From Eledone cirrhosa (lineage: Eukaryota), in assembly GCA_964016885.1 (NCBI GenBank), contig CAXHJY010001364.1, forward strand, positions 1 to 61,688: DNA of 61,688 nt, given 5' to 3'. The first letter of the stretch is position 1, and each line of letters starts with the position of its first letter. Under the pieces are notes generated by a model. It searched no databases. It saw nothing but the letters and a program-made list of their open reading frames with translations, and was not told the DNA's origin. Shown here one piece after another: positions 24,030 through 37,285 of the stretch. Both the position numbers and the translations under genes were made by a program.

Positions 24030-24460
24030 ACCAAAATCTACTAAAAGAATCAGCAAACCCGCACCAGCCGTCCAGTTCCATCTAACTAACCTCCTATCCA
24101 TCAAACAAACATGGAACTCAACCAGCCTGCCAGCCATCAATATTGTAGAATCAAGCAGCCATCCACCCAGTAAATATCCAGCCAACAATTCCAGCTAACC
24201 AATACACTAACTACCTAACCTGACAAACAGCCATCCAGCTAATCAACTAGCTAATTACTGTCCAACCAAATAACTACCAAATAAACAAGCTAGTGACTAA
24301 CCAGCCAACTAACCACACACCTGCCTAACCATTCGGCCAGCTAGCCTTGCAGTCACCTAATCCGCCAACCAGCCAAATGACAAGACAACTAACTGCCTAA
24401 ACATTCACCCAAGCAGCTAACCTATCCGCCAACCAGCTATCTAAAAAGCCATTTAACTAT
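24030..24460. repeat. Degenerate (AACC/AGCC)n low-complexity tract
   Basis: Recurrent aacc/agcc/aact tetramers; continues 24770-24960. Confidence 0.6.
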
Positions 24461-24603
24461 ACTAAATATCTATATCTATATATATGTATATATATATATA
24501 GTAATAATAATAAATGCGAAGACTACAATCCAAAGAGGGTTTGATAAGGATAAATATATATCGTATATATAAGAAGCCCAGAGCAAACATTTATTAAAAT
24601 AAC

Positions 24604-24715
24604 ATTAAAGTTTATGCGAAGAATCGCTGCTTCGACACTTAACGGGCTCTTCTGAAACTAGTTTCAGAAGATCCCGTTAAGGGTGAAAGCAGCGATTCTT
24701 TGCATAAACTTTAAT
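24604..24715. repeat. Spacerless 56-bp-arm palindrome
   Basis: Centre gaaact|agtttc at 24659/24660; 51 of 56 positions complementary by manual count. Confidence 0.9.
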
Positions 24716-24723
24716 CTGTTATT

Positions 24724-24768
<45 letters not shown>

Positions 24769-25977
24769 TTCTAACCAACAACTTAATTATCCAACGAATT
24801 AGTTATTTTATCATCCAAAACCATCCAGCCATACTTCACTAACCAACACACCAAACCACCAGCCAGCAAAACAAACCACCTAATTATTCAACTAACAAAC
24901 CAACCAGCCTATAATCCCGCTTGCTAACCAACCAACGACCTGACCAAGTGACCAACATTATACATACACACTATATAATAAATCTGTTCAGCTTTTCTGT
25001 CTGGCGCAATGGTTTACCATCGCATGACTTTCTATCTTTCAATTTTCCTTCTTTCCATCCTTCATTCTCATTACTTTTGTCTTTCCTTCATTCTCATTAC
25101 TTGTCTTTCCTTCATTTCGTCATAATTTTTGGTGTCCTTGTTTCCTTCTGTTTCTTCTTCCTATTTTCCTTTCGCCCATCATTTCTTCCCTACACCCTTT
25201 CTTTTGATTAAATCAATCTGTCCTATCTGTCAGTCTGTCTTATTGCCTAACTATCTATCCACCTATATATACGTCTATCCATCTATGGTAGCTAATAAAT
25301 CCCCCTCTCTCTATCTCTCTAACCATCCATTTATCTATCTCCTTTTCCTTCCTCTTCCCAGTTTATATTTCAGGAATTCTTCTGAAATCAAATTGTACGA
25401 CATTAATATTCTTGCTCTGTCTGTGTGTCCACCTCCCTCCTCTTATTGATTTATCCAACCATAGCCTTCCCTCCACCTCTCCACTTATCCTGTGAAATCG
25501 GACGTAAAAGAAGACATACCGTAGGGAAATTGAGAACCATCACAATTACTCGTACATATATATTCCATATTTAGATGATGAAGATGATGATGGTAGTGGT
25601 GGTGGTGTCAGTGGACGTGTCAGTAGTTGTATTGGTGGTGGTTAGTAGCGGTAGTAGTAATAGTCGTGTTTGTGTTTATGGTGGTACTGCTGACTTGTTG
25701 GAACATATGTTGACAGTGGTTGTGTCGATGGTGGTGTTTATGCTGGAGTTGGCAGTATTGGTGTTTAGGGTGATGATTATGTTGGTATTTGTGGTGGTGG
25801 TGGCGGTGGTTGTAATGTTGGTAATGATGGCTGGTTTGACGGTAACTTGTGTTGGTGGAGGAAGTGAGGATGTTTATGGTGATGTTGTTTGATGTGTTGT
25901 AAATCGGTAAACTCCGTAAAATCTAACTGGTGGTGTTAAATTGGACAACGCATTAGGTCTACTGTAAAATGCATGAA

Positions 25978-26110
25978 AGCGCGAGGTGCAGTGGTTACAG
26001 TGTTCGGTTCACCATCGTAATTTCGTGTTTGACAGCCCGAGTGCGTTTTGTCCTTGAACAAGAAACTTTTGTATTCATTGCTCCAGTTCACTCAGAACAA
26101 ATTAGTTAAA
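25978..26110 (+). mobile_element. Degraded tRNA-derived SINE family 2
   Basis: gtgcagtggttacagtgttc head; tgtccttgaacaaga..ttgctccagttcactcag body similar to 30392-30672. Confidence 0.5.
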
Positions 26111-26489
26111 CCTGATTGAAATGTCCACTGTATTACGCAGAATACTCTAGAGAATTACGTTGAAATTCCGGTCATAGGAAATGTTTAGTTACTTGTACAT
26201 TAATTTCAGGTGTAAGGCTGTTCCATTGGTGAAAAAACTGGAACAATTAGCGTCGAAACCGACGGAGTTTCAATACTCTAGAGGCAGCAACAGTATCTCG
26301 ATGGGAATTCGTACTGTTTCCATCTCATTGTTCACTCAAAAAGTTCGGATGAGACGATTCGATGAACTCAGGAGTAGGGTACACGAATTGAACTTGAAGT
26401 CACGTTACTGATAGGTGGAATTCACACCGAAGGCATTACAAGAAGGTTTTTCTGAGCATCACACATGTCTGACCTACTATTGTAGGGAT

Positions 26490-27525
26490 AGTCCTGCATG
26501 GTCTTCCTTGTTATTTTAGATGACTGATGTATCCAGATTTAGAGAGCATTAGACGACCGCACACTTCAGATCTCCAGCTCCCTATGTTCTTATTTGAGGT
26601 GTATACTGTGACATTTACGAAGTTGCCGCTTAAATATTTTATCGTCAAGGCGTCTCTCGAAAACATTGTGCATCCTTCCTTAATATGTCCTCTCGATTCA
26701 GTCTTCTTTAAAGGTAACACCCCCATTATTGAACTTTAATCTGTAGATCTTTATGTTTGCTTTTTATCAGTCATATTTTTTCGGGGGGGGGGGTGCATGT
26801 TGGCAATTGACTGTAAATAGATCTGTTTGTCTAACATCATTGATAAGTACAGCATGACCTGTGCAACATATTTGAGAGGATATGATGGTAGATTCAATGC
26901 TTGTGCCTGCAGCATCTATAACACATTGAGTGTCAGGTATTTTGATTAAAGTGTTCAAGCAACCTGAGGTGTCTACCGTGTACTCTTCCGAAGCTTACAA
27001 CAGAGAACCCAATGTGCGAGACTGGTACACACTAATCTTGATCTTTTTATTGATGCCTTGATCCGCCCACACACTTCTTTTGAGATTTCCAAAGGTTTCA
27101 GAGATCTTCTGAATGTACTGGTTCTATTTCCGCATCAAGCAAACCCCCACTCGACAGTACACTGACCTGGTAATCAGAAGTGTCGACTACACTGAACCTA
27201 GTTCCATGCACCATTACATTTGGCTCAATGTATGCTTTCCCTGGTGCTGACGTGAACGTTACCTTAGGCTTTTATAGATTAATATTCATACCAAAGGCAT
27301 TACAAGAAGCTGCAAAACAATACATGATGTGTTGCAGGTCCTCTTGAGAGTGGGCCAGAAAAAAAAATCAACATTATCTGCATAAAAAAGGTATCTAATT
27401 AGAGTCTGGAATTGAATCTTAAGTCAAATAATTTTCCTGTAGTTTTAACGTGCAATATATCTTCCTTCGCATAACCCTGTAATGCGTGAATGAGCAGCTC
27501 AGCAAAGAATATTGAGAATAATGTG
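26490..27525 (-). pseudogene. Decayed 5'-truncated RTE LINE (RT C-terminal half to zinc finger)
   Basis: Frameshifted peptides colinear with the intact ORF: TLFSIFFA..TTGKLFDLR, YADNVD..AHSQEDLQHIM, ISETFGNLKRSVW, SIESTIISSQICCTGH, EVCGRLMLSKSGYISHLK. Confidence 0.85.
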
Positions 27526-28054
27526 TAACCACACACACAGACACACAAACACATATATATATATATATATATACATATATAAGTACATATATTAGCGCGC
27601 GCGCACACATACGCAAGGCATATATACATATGCATATCTATATAGACATGTATACATACACATATATATACCTATATATGCACATTTATAGATACGACTA
27701 TGCACAAACATACACAGCTTACAGTAACAAATATAACAACCAGAAATTGTGATAAACAAGAAAGATACACAAAGGAATGTAATGGATCGGATATTTATAA
27801 TATATGTACAACCAGCACAATACGACATATCTACTATGTCTAACAATAGGATTCACCACTGAAAACGATAACAGTTTATTAGGAATGTGCGCTATTGTGA
27901 GTTAAATGGGACTACGCTTCGCAACACATGAATGATTTGATCTAAAAGCTGTGTCCTTTATAGTAGGTCCATCCTAAATATTTGTAGAGTCGTGTAAATT
28001 TGAGTAAAATTCTATGAGAGAGTAGGGAACCCATGAACAATACCTAAACTATTA

Positions 28055-28250
28055 GGCACAGCCGTGGCTATGTGATAAAGGGTAACGCTCCACAGCCACG
28101 GGGTTTCGAGTTCAGTCATATTTTGACTAATGTTTTGTGAGAAAAACTTTTGTAGGCGTAATTTACAGTGAACCGCTGTATATTATCCAATTTTAGGCGA
28201 TGCGTCAGCATGACCGTAATCTAATGACTGAAACCAGTGATAGCATAAAA
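28055..28250 (+). mobile_element. Degraded tRNA-derived SINE family 3
   Basis: gtggctatgtgataa A-box-like, cgagttcagtc B-box-like; tail cagcatgaccgtaatctaatgactgaaac. Confidence 0.45.
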
Positions 28251-28674
28251 AACATACATTAGCAAGCTACTGTATATAGAAAAGAAAAATTCACCAGTAT
28301 CATAAATGTTTGTCACGTTATCAAAACAAGAAAAAATAAAATATAAACGTGTCCTTCACCAAAACATATAGAACTCTTCTTTTAATACGCATTTAAATCT
28401 TCCTAAAACCTGCAATTTGTTCATTTTCAACTTTAGTTATATGTACAAAATGTATGAATATGTTTTTAAATATTACACACTGCTGCAAATGCTTGAGGAT
28501 ATCTTAGTAAGATTACTATGGCAACTATAATACACGACACTTTACATTTACATCAGATACTATGGCACATTTTACAATGTGTATTCTACAAACGGTGGCA
28601 TTTCTAAAATATAACACTTTAATCTCTCTTCTCTGGAAGAAATTGACTGTATTCAAACATGGAGAAGAGATGGC

Positions 28675-28876
28675 TACTCTAGGTTTGAAGGCGACAGATT
28701 TATTTAGGGGGGGGGGGGGGACTATAGAAGTGTCAATCCCATTACTGATCTGGTATGTTTTTCAACCGCGAAAGAATGAAAATTAAAAATGGCCTCAGCA
28801 GGTTTGAACTCAGAGTCAGGATTAATAGCGCCAAACATTCCATCCGACGTTCTATGACTCTCTCAATTCGCCACCT
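28675..28876 (-). mobile_element. Degraded tRNA-derived SINE family 1
   Basis: ctggtatgtttt..gaatgaaa..ggtttgaactcaga..cgccacc colinear with 30161-30350. Confidence 0.55.
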
Positions 28877-30160
28877 GGGGCCACCGTTACGTAAGAATTA
28901 AATAAGTAACTGTTGTATGAAATTAATTAAATGACAAAATCAAATATGTCAATGGAGGGAGGGATCATAATATTTGCATTTCCAAAATGTAGTTTCCTTG
29001 TTCATACATGTGTATACATTGATATATAGTTTACGGAAAACACATACCGGGTAATATGCAAACACCATATACATGATTAAAACAAAGATATAACAGTGGT
29101 TTTTTATGCAGTCATTTTTAAAATAATTATTTATATTCAATTATTAAGTTGATTTTTTACAGTGGTAGTAACATATATTTATACAAATTTTATCACAAAG
29201 CATTTTATAGAAAAACGAAACACACAAGTAAAGGGGACAAAGTAAATGAAAAAAGGAAAAAAAAAAAAAAAGGCCAAGCAACGAAAGAAAGGGAGCGGGA
29301 AGTGACATACAATGCACTTTTGTCTGGATGATGCCTCAGTAGCGCCATGCGGGGAAAAAATGACCAGAGACGTCTTTTAATTTGGTTTTTAAAATACAAA
29401 AAAAAAACAATCTTATGCTAAATACACAAATGCTGAACATATTGAAATTATTTAAAAAAAATAAAAAAAATATATATATATAAAATGACTTACCGGAATA
29501 ATGTTCTGTGAATTCTGTACTTTAATTAAAGACATATAATAAAAACAAACACTTTTTCTGACTAGAGTATTACCGGTGCACGAGGTTCTAAATCCAAGAT
29601 ACTGATTGTTAATGAGATCTCGTTATTTCACGAGTCATTCACATCCGGGCTAACGATTGTGAATGGTCAATATTAATTTATAATTCAAAACTTGCTTTAT
29701 TAAATCTTACAGTTTAGTAAATTAAACAAACAGATGTCTTAAAAATCTAAACATTATTATATAAATATATATTAAATGGAAATATTATATAATATTGATA
29801 ATAAATATATCATTGTCATTATTCGCTGCTGAACTATTAAACAAAGGAGACTTCCTTCGTAGAACAGAATATTTCGACCTTTCACAAAACATTTTTTTAC
29901 AAGTTGTGGAAAGCCTATCAACATAAGATTTAACCAAAAACCTTTGCAATTTTTTACTTATTACCCTTTACATTCAAATGACTTTGAATATAATGAACCA
30001 TACGTAACATTTATCCCTTCTACAAACAAAACCCCCAACAAGACAAAATATTGCACACCAAAATATTAACGATGAAACACACTCAAAAGAATGGAGATAA
30101 ACCCCACCGATATCAATTCAGATAGCATGTTTGAACAATAATCACACTGACACATACATA

Positions 30161-30350
30161 TAATTGTTTCTACTTTGGGTACAAGGCCAGCAATTACCCA
30201 GTGCATTACTGGTACTTTATTTTATCGACCCCGTAAGGATGAAAAGCGAAGTTAACATCGGCGGGATTTGAACTCAGAATGGAAAGGGCTGTAACTTTAT
30301 GCGTCAAAGCATGGCGTCCGACCCTCTACTGATACTGTAAATCCACCGCC
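30161..30350 (-). mobile_element. tRNA-derived SINE family 1
   Basis: Minus-strand ggcggtgg head, B box gagttcaaatccc, body tcatccttacggggtcgataaaataaagtaccagt; several copies in window. Confidence 0.8.
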
Positions 30351-30391
30351 ATGAGAGATATAATGCATGTATATATTAGTGTAATACTTAT

Positions 30392-30672
30392 AAAGTCTGT
30401 CTCAAGCTAAGAGGCTCGTCTGACCGGTGCTTATCCCTGTTTTGTTGTGTGAGGTGACTGAGTGTAGAAGACACCTCCCGACAGGTCACCAGTCCATCGC
30501 AGGGTTAAATCGACAGATATTGCTGCTACTTCTTTTCAGCTGAGTATATTGGAGTAACGTGAAATGTAGTGTTTTGCTCAAGAACACAACACACAACCCA
30601 TCCTGGGAATCTAACCTATGACATTATGATCTTAACTCCAACACCCTTACCACTAGACCACAAAACTCCACA
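30392..30672 (-). mobile_element. tRNA-derived SINE family 2
   Basis: Minus-strand tggtctagtggtaa A box, ggttagattccc B box, tgtgttcttgagcaaaacact body; flanking direct repeat tgtaatac at 30380 and 30673. Confidence 0.7.
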
Positions 30673-30814
30673 TGTAATACATATGCTAAACGATAATATT
30701 TCGCCAACTTTCCATGCATGTTGTCTCTTTGTGAATAACATGTAATATTTCTATATGTATATTCATCGGAAGATATTTTCATTGAGATAAACACATTTTG
30801 AAATGTAACCTTAA

Positions 30815-31244
30815 CCCTTTTGTTAACAACCCGACCAAAACCGGCTCTAGTTCTATGTAAACAAAAACACCTATTTTATAGGTTTCCAATTGAAATATAT
30901 ATCTTCTAACATAATTTTATATAACAAACTTACATTAATTTACTATCGTAATAATGAAATAATTAATAATTGTTTCTAGTTTTGGCACAAAGCCAGCAAA
31001 TAATCAGTACATTACTGGTACTTTATTTTATCGACCCCGTAAGGATGAAAGACAAAATTAATCTCGGCGAGATTTGAACTTAGAATTGCAAGGGCCGTAA
31101 CTCTATACGTCAAAGCATGGTGTCCGACCCCCTACCGATACTGCCAATCCACCGCCCAATTAATAATGTTAGTAAATCTCACAAAATTCTTCATGAATCA
31201 ATTAAAATACACTGTATATTAATAGAAATGTGGTCATGAAAGGG
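30815..31244. mobile_element. piggyBac-type MITE with nested SINE
   Basis: TTAA|cccttt ... aaaggg|TTAA termini (TTAA at 30811-14 and 31245-48); TIR match is short. Confidence 0.6.
30971..31157 (-). mobile_element. tRNA-derived SINE family 1 with 10-bp TSD
   Basis: Colinear with 30161-30350; aattaataat at 30961-70 and 31158-67. Confidence 0.85.
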
Positions 31245-31384
31245 TTAAGGTATCATATAAGAGGAATGGATCTCCACCAGTTTCAATGAAGAACGTTCTA
31301 GTTGTTAATTCCTGAGACACACGTGCCATTAACATGATTTTCAGAGAGTTAGTGCATGCGATAGAGTTTCCAACATTTTTACTC

Positions 31385-31497
31385 ACGAGGCTTTGCTCGA
31401 TAAATAACACTTGCCCGAGGAAAAACTTAATGGGATTGAACCCGGAACGAGCTGATTGCGAAGCAATACTACTCAAACAATTTAGCTATGCTGCAAC
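31385..31497 (-). mobile_element. Degraded SINE family 3 fragment
   Basis: acacttgcccgagg..gggattgaacccggaac (reverse B box). Confidence 0.45.
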
Positions 31498-32364
31498 CAC
31501 ATTACAAAAGTACATACAGGAAGAAGCAGTGAAAATAGTATTTATCTTTTCGTTTATGAAATAAAAGAGGGGTTTATACCTCTTCAATAGCGTAAATGAA
31601 AGAAACTTTGACAGATATACGGGGTGGGGTGGGGGCTGAATATTATCCTTTGAGACATATCTGTAATCCTCACTGCACATATTTTCCATTATGTGATGTA
31701 CATAGAACAGTTCGAGAGAAACCGTAACAGTTTCGATCTACACGCTTTCAAAAGACGTTAGAATACTTTAGACCCGGCGTCTACGTTACTTTTTACATGT
31801 GAATTTCCTTTGGGGCAGCTCCATCTATTCATAGTGCCTTCACATTCTATCGGCCCTGGTCCATTCTCTATATTCTGCCTCTGATTTTCATAAGCACAGT
31901 TAGTTATCTAGATCAGTCCAGTTGCTGGAACATGAAACAAACTGCCTACATCAGTTGTTAGCTGTTGGGATATTGCATCCTACTAAACTTCCATGCTTCC
32001 CGAAATTCACCAACACTACACCTGATATTCCCCCTCCATACGCATGTGTGTATCATGGCACTGTTCACTTTCCTGACCTTTGTACATTATTCTCCGTTCT
32101 ATACATGCATCTTTGGTGAGTTGTAGTGCACCTCAGCACTGTACACAATATTTTTAAATATATATTTAAGACATTTTAGTTATCATGATCGATCTTGCAA
32201 TGATTTTGAACGCGAGTCTTCAGTTATTCGAAAAATATGAACGTCAGTATCATGATTTAACATTTAAATGGTTGAGTAACCCACAGACACGTGTACCCTT
32301 TACACAATAATCAGGCGAAATAAACGTGAACATGACACAATATGAAATACAAGTACAATTTATT

Positions 32365-32512
32365 TGACGGGCTTTCTCGCAGGTTCCGTCTAACCAGGAT
32401 AACTTACAGGGCTTGGGTCCATCCGGGGATATTGTACAAAACACCGCGTAGTGTAAAGGAACTCGTGTCTTCATGGATGAGAATTGAACGTCTTAACCAC
32501 TCAGCCAGGCCC
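32365..32512 (-). mobile_element. Degraded SINE family 3 fragment
   Basis: gacgggctttc..ttccgtcta..; tcttaaccactcagcca (reverse A box). Confidence 0.45.
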
Positions 32513-32750
32513 ACGTTTTTTGGAATACATAAGAATATGTAAATGTCCATTCTTTATTTAAGGAAGTATAATATAATTTTTGTTTTCAAATCTATATTTT
32601 TCAGACAAAAGTTATATAATGGTGGAAATAGTCATTGGAGTAGGATTTGGTTTTTATCTTTAGCAGACTGATGGACCAGCTATAAGGTTCCTCACTGGCC
32701 TTTATTTGTTATTGCGGTTGTTGATGTTCATATATTTTGATATTGGTCTC

Positions 32751-32960
32751 ATTTGCAGTATCGGTAGAGGGTCGGACGCCATGCTTTCCAGCATAGTTAC
32801 GTCTCTTTACGGTCTGAGTTCAAATCTCGCAGAGGTTGACTTTGCCTTTCATCCTTACGGGATCGATAAAATAAAGTACCAGTAATGTACTGCATCGATA
32901 AAGTAAAGTACTAGTAATGTACTGCGTCGATAAAGTAAAGTACCAGTGATGTACTGGATA
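32751..32960 (+). mobile_element. tRNA-derived SINE family 1 with a triplicated ~32-bp internal segment
   Basis: gagttcaaatctc B box; tcgataaa(a/g)taaagtac(c/t)agt(a/g)atgtactg x3. Confidence 0.8.
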
Positions 32961-32964
32961 ATTG

Positions 32965-35900
32965 ATATTGTTATTTCTGTTGTTATAGTTGTTGTTAATA
33001 ATTTGGTTGCCCTGTTGTCCTTACTGTTACTGTTGTTGTTGTTGTTGTAGTTGTTGTTACTGTTGTTATTGTAGTTGTTGTTGTTGATGTTGTTGTTAGT
33101 GTTGTTGTTGTTGTTATTGTAGTTGTTGTTACTGATGTTGTTGTTGTTATTGTAGTTGTTGTTACAGATGTTGTTGTTGTTGTTATTGTAGTTGCTGTTA
33201 CTGATGTTGTTGTTGTTGTTGTAGTTGTTGTTACAGATGTTGTTGTTATTGTAGTTGTTGTTACTGATGTTGTTGTTGTTATTGTAGTTGTTGTTACTGA
33301 TGTTGTTGTTGTTGTTATTATAGTTGTTGTTACTGATGTTGTTGTTGTTGTTATTGTAGTTGTTGTTACAGATGTTGTTGTTGTTATTGTAGTTGTTGTT
33401 ACTGATGTTGTTATTGTAGTTGTTGTTACTGATGTTGTTGTTGTTATTGTAGTTGTTGTTACTGATGTTGTTGTTGTTGTCATTGTAGTTGTTGTTACTG
33501 ATGTTGTTGTTGTTATTGTAGTTGTTGTTACAGATGTTGTTGTTGTTGTTATTGTAGATGTTGTTACTGATGTTGATGTTGTTGTTGTTATTGTAGTTGT
33601 TGTTACTGATATTGTTGTTGTAGTTGTTGTTACTGATGTTGTTGTTGTTGCTGTTACTGATGTTGTTGTTGTTGTTGTTATTGTAGTTGTTGTTACTGAT
33701 GTTGTTGTTGTTATTGTAGTTGTTGTTACAGATGTTGTTGTTGTTGTTTTGTAGTTGTTGTTACTGATGTTGTTGTTATTGTAGTTGTTGTTACTAATGT
33801 TGTTGTTGTTGCTGTTATTGTAGTTATTACTGATGTTGTTGTTGTTATTATAGTTGTTGTTACTGATATTGTTGTTGTTGTTGTAGTTGTTGTTACTGAT
33901 GTTGTTGTTGTTATTGTAGTTGTTGTTACTGATGTTGTTGTTGTTGTTGTTATTGTAGTTGTTATTACTGATGTTGTTGTTGTAGTTGTTGTTACTGATG
34001 TTGTTGTTGTTGCTGTTACTGATGTTGTTGTTGTTGTTGTTATTGTAGTTGTTGTTACTGATGTTGTTGTTGTTATTGTAGTTGTTGTTACAGATGTTGT
34101 TGTTGTTGTTTTGTAGTTGTTGTTACTGATGTTGTTGTTGTTGTTATTGTAGTTGTTGTTACAGATGTTGTTGTTGTTGTTTTGTAGTTGTTGTTACTGA
34201 TGTTGTTGTTGTTGTTATTGTAGTTGTTGTTACTGATGTTGTTGTTGTTGTTATTGTAGTTGTTGTTACATATGTTGTTGTTGTTGTTATTGTAGTTGTT
34301 GTTGTTGTTTTTTTGTAGTTGTTGTTACTGATGTTGTTGTTGTTGTTGTTATTGTAGTTGTTATTACTGATGTTGTTGTTGTAGTTGTTGTTACTGATGT
34401 TGTTGTTGTTGCTGTTACTGATGTTGTTGTTGTTGTTGTTATCGTAGTTGTTGTTACTGATGTTGTTGTTGTTATTGTAGTTATTGTTACTGATGTTGTT
34501 GTTGTTGTTGTTACTGATGTTGTTGTTGTTATTGTAGTTCTTGTTACTGATGTTGTTGTTGTTATTGTAGTTCTCGTTACTGATGTTGTTGTTATTGTAG
34601 TTGTTGTTACAGATGTTGTTGTTGTTGTTTTGTAGTTGTTGTTACTGATGTTGTTGTTATTGTAGTTATTGTTACATATATTGTTGTTGTTGTTATTGTA
34701 GTTGTTGTTACTGATGTTGTTGTTGTTGTTATTGTAGTTGTTGTTACATATGTTGTTGTTGTTGTAGTTGTTGTTACTGATGTTGTTGTTGTTGTTATTG
34801 TAGTTGTTGTTACTGATGTTGTTGTTGTTGTTATTGTAGTTGTTGTTACTGATGTTGTTGTTGTGGTTATTGTAGTTGTTGTTACAGATGTTGTTGTTGT
34901 TGTTATTGTAGTTGTTGTTACTGATGATGTTGTTGTTGTTGTTATTGTAGTTGTTGTTACATATATTGTTGTTGTTGTTGTTGTTGTAGTTCTTGTTACA
35001 GATGTTGTTGTTATTGTAGTTGTTGTTACAGATGTTGTTGTTGTTGTTACATATATTGTTGTTGTTGTTATTGTAGTTCTTGTTACATATGTCGTTGTTA
35101 TTGTAGTTGTTGTTACATATGTTGTTGTTGTTGTTTTGTAGTTGTTGTTACTGATGTTGTTGTTGTTGTTTTGTAGTTGTTGTTACTGATGTTGTTGTTG
35201 TTGTTATTGTAGTTGTTGTTACTGATGTTGTTGTTGTTGTTTTGTAGTTGTTGTTACTGATGTTGTTGTTGTTTTGTAGTTGTTGTTACAGATGTTGTTG
35301 TTGTTGTTTTGTAGTTGTTGTTACTGATGTTGTTGTTGTTGTTATTGTAGTTGTTGTTACATATGTTGTTGTTGTTGTTATTGTAGTTGTTGTTACTGAT
35401 GTTGTTGTTGTTATTGTAGTTGTTGTTACTGATGTTGTTGTTGTTATTGTAGTTGTTGTTACTGATGTTGTTGTTGTTGTTGTAGTTGTTGTTACTGATG
35501 TTGTTGTTGTTGTTATTGTAGTTGTTGTTACAAATGTTGTTGTTGTTGTTATTGTAGTTGTTGTTACTGATGTTGCGTTGTTGCTATTGTAGTTGTTGTT
35601 ACTGATGTTGTTGTTGTTGTAATTGTAGTTGTTGTTACTGATGTTGCGTTGTTGTTATTGTAGTTGTTGTTACATATATTGTTGTTGTTGTTATTGTAGT
35701 TGTTGTTACTGTTGTTGTTGTTATTGTAGTTGTTGTTACTGATGTTGTTGTTGTTGTTATTGTAGTTGTTGTTACATATGTTGTTGTTGTTGTTATTGTA
35801 GTTGTTGTTGTTTTTTTTTTTGTAGTTGTTGTTACAGATGTTGTTGTTGTTGTTTTGTAGTTGTTGTTACATATGTTGTTGTTGTTGTTATTGTAGTTGT

Positions 35901-36580
35901 TGTTACATATGTTGTTGTTGTTGTTATTGTAGTTGTTGTTACTGATGTTGTTGTTGTTGTTATTGTAGTTGTTGTTACATATGTTGTTGTTGTTGCTATT
36001 GTAGTTGTTGTTACTGATGTTGTTGTTGTTGTTATTGTAGTTGTTGTTGTTGTTCGCTAGCTCTTTTACTGTTACTAATGTTGTTGTTGTTGTAGTTGTT
36101 GTCTTGCCGTTACTGTTTAATCATTGTCGTGGTTAGTGTGGTCGTTATGTTTTGTTGCCTTTTTCTTGTTTTATTGTTGTAGCTGCAGCTCTTCTTATAC
36201 TTGTTATTGTTCCTGCTGCTGCTGTTGTTTTTATTGCTGCTGTTCTTCTTATCGCTGTTATCGTTGCTGCTGTTGTTGTTGATATTATTGTTGCTGCTGT
36301 TGCTGCTGCTGTCGTTCTTATAGGTGTTATTGTTGCTGGTACTGTTGTTGTTGTTTTTATTGTTTCTGATGTTGTTCATCGTATTGCTGCTACTTTTGAG
36401 CTGCTGCTGCTGTTCTTATACTTGTTATTGTTGCTGGTGCTGTGTTGTTTTTATTGATAATGTTATTGCTCCATGATGTTGTTGCTGTTGTGTTGATGTT
36501 GTTGCTATTAATGTTGCTGCTGATGTCGACATCGTCGTTGCTATTATTGCTAATGTTCTTCTTGCTATTGTTGTTACTGT
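32965..36580. repeat. (GTT)n-derived minisatellite, ~30-39-bp unit attgtagttgttgttactgatgttgttgttgtt, decaying into GCT/GTT repeats
   Basis: Direct reading. Confidence 0.95.
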
Positions 36581-36993
36581 TATGTTAGTAGGGAACAGTA
36601 TTTTCTGTGTCGCCAGTGGCGGCAACCCCCTCCCCCTACACACCAAATATAATTCTCTTCAATTGAATTTAAATTTCTTAATCCAATAAGCATTAGATTT
36701 CTTGAAAAGAAGATGGGAGGGGGTGTTTCATATACTGCGCATTGGGCGTGTCTAAATGAGTGTGGTTGATGTGAGTGTAGCGTGGGTCGTTTTTGAAAGG
36801 ATGTGTTTGCATATGTGTGCAAGAAAACGTGTGTGTGCTTATGTATGTCTTCATACCTTTAGGTTTTATTATCAATCATTCTGTGTATTTGTATATATTT
36901 ATATATACATATATACTTGTATTCATCTATGTGTGTGTATGTAAATACTGTCGGAGAGATATGTAGCTATCTAGATAAATATATATATATATA

Positions 36994-37252
36994 TCATTAT
37001 CTATAAAAGGCAGATTGTTGTTGTTGTGTGTGTGTGTGTGCATGTTCCTTGTTTATACATTTGCACAATTTTAAACCGATTCGACTCAAAGTCTGTAAGA
37101 ATATTTTAAATGGTCAACTTAGGTCAACGATATTTATTTCATTCAAAGTCACCCACAATTACGGAAATAATCGATAAAAATAAATACATGCTGCAACTTT
37201 CTCTTATATACTATTAAACTTACAAACTTCCTTTAGGAACGCAGAAGAGAGA

Positions 37253-37285
<33 letters not shown>

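Noticed and set aside
29486-29580. Possible minus-strand micro-exon ending at ccg|gtaagt (other isolated splice-like sites at ~13753, ~25372, ~38686)
   Set aside because: No recognisable coding content; such sites occur by chance; needs RNA-seq
31780-32155. Possible 3' end of another LINE
   Set aside because: No convincing RT peptide recovered by manual translation
30161-32960. tRNA genes suggested by A/B-box motifs
   Set aside because: No cloverleaf; they are heads of multi-copy SINEs
32995-35592. Mucin-like poly-Thr and poly-Val ORFs
   Set aside because: Translation of a GTT minisatellite with repeated frameshifting units; no signal peptide or splice context
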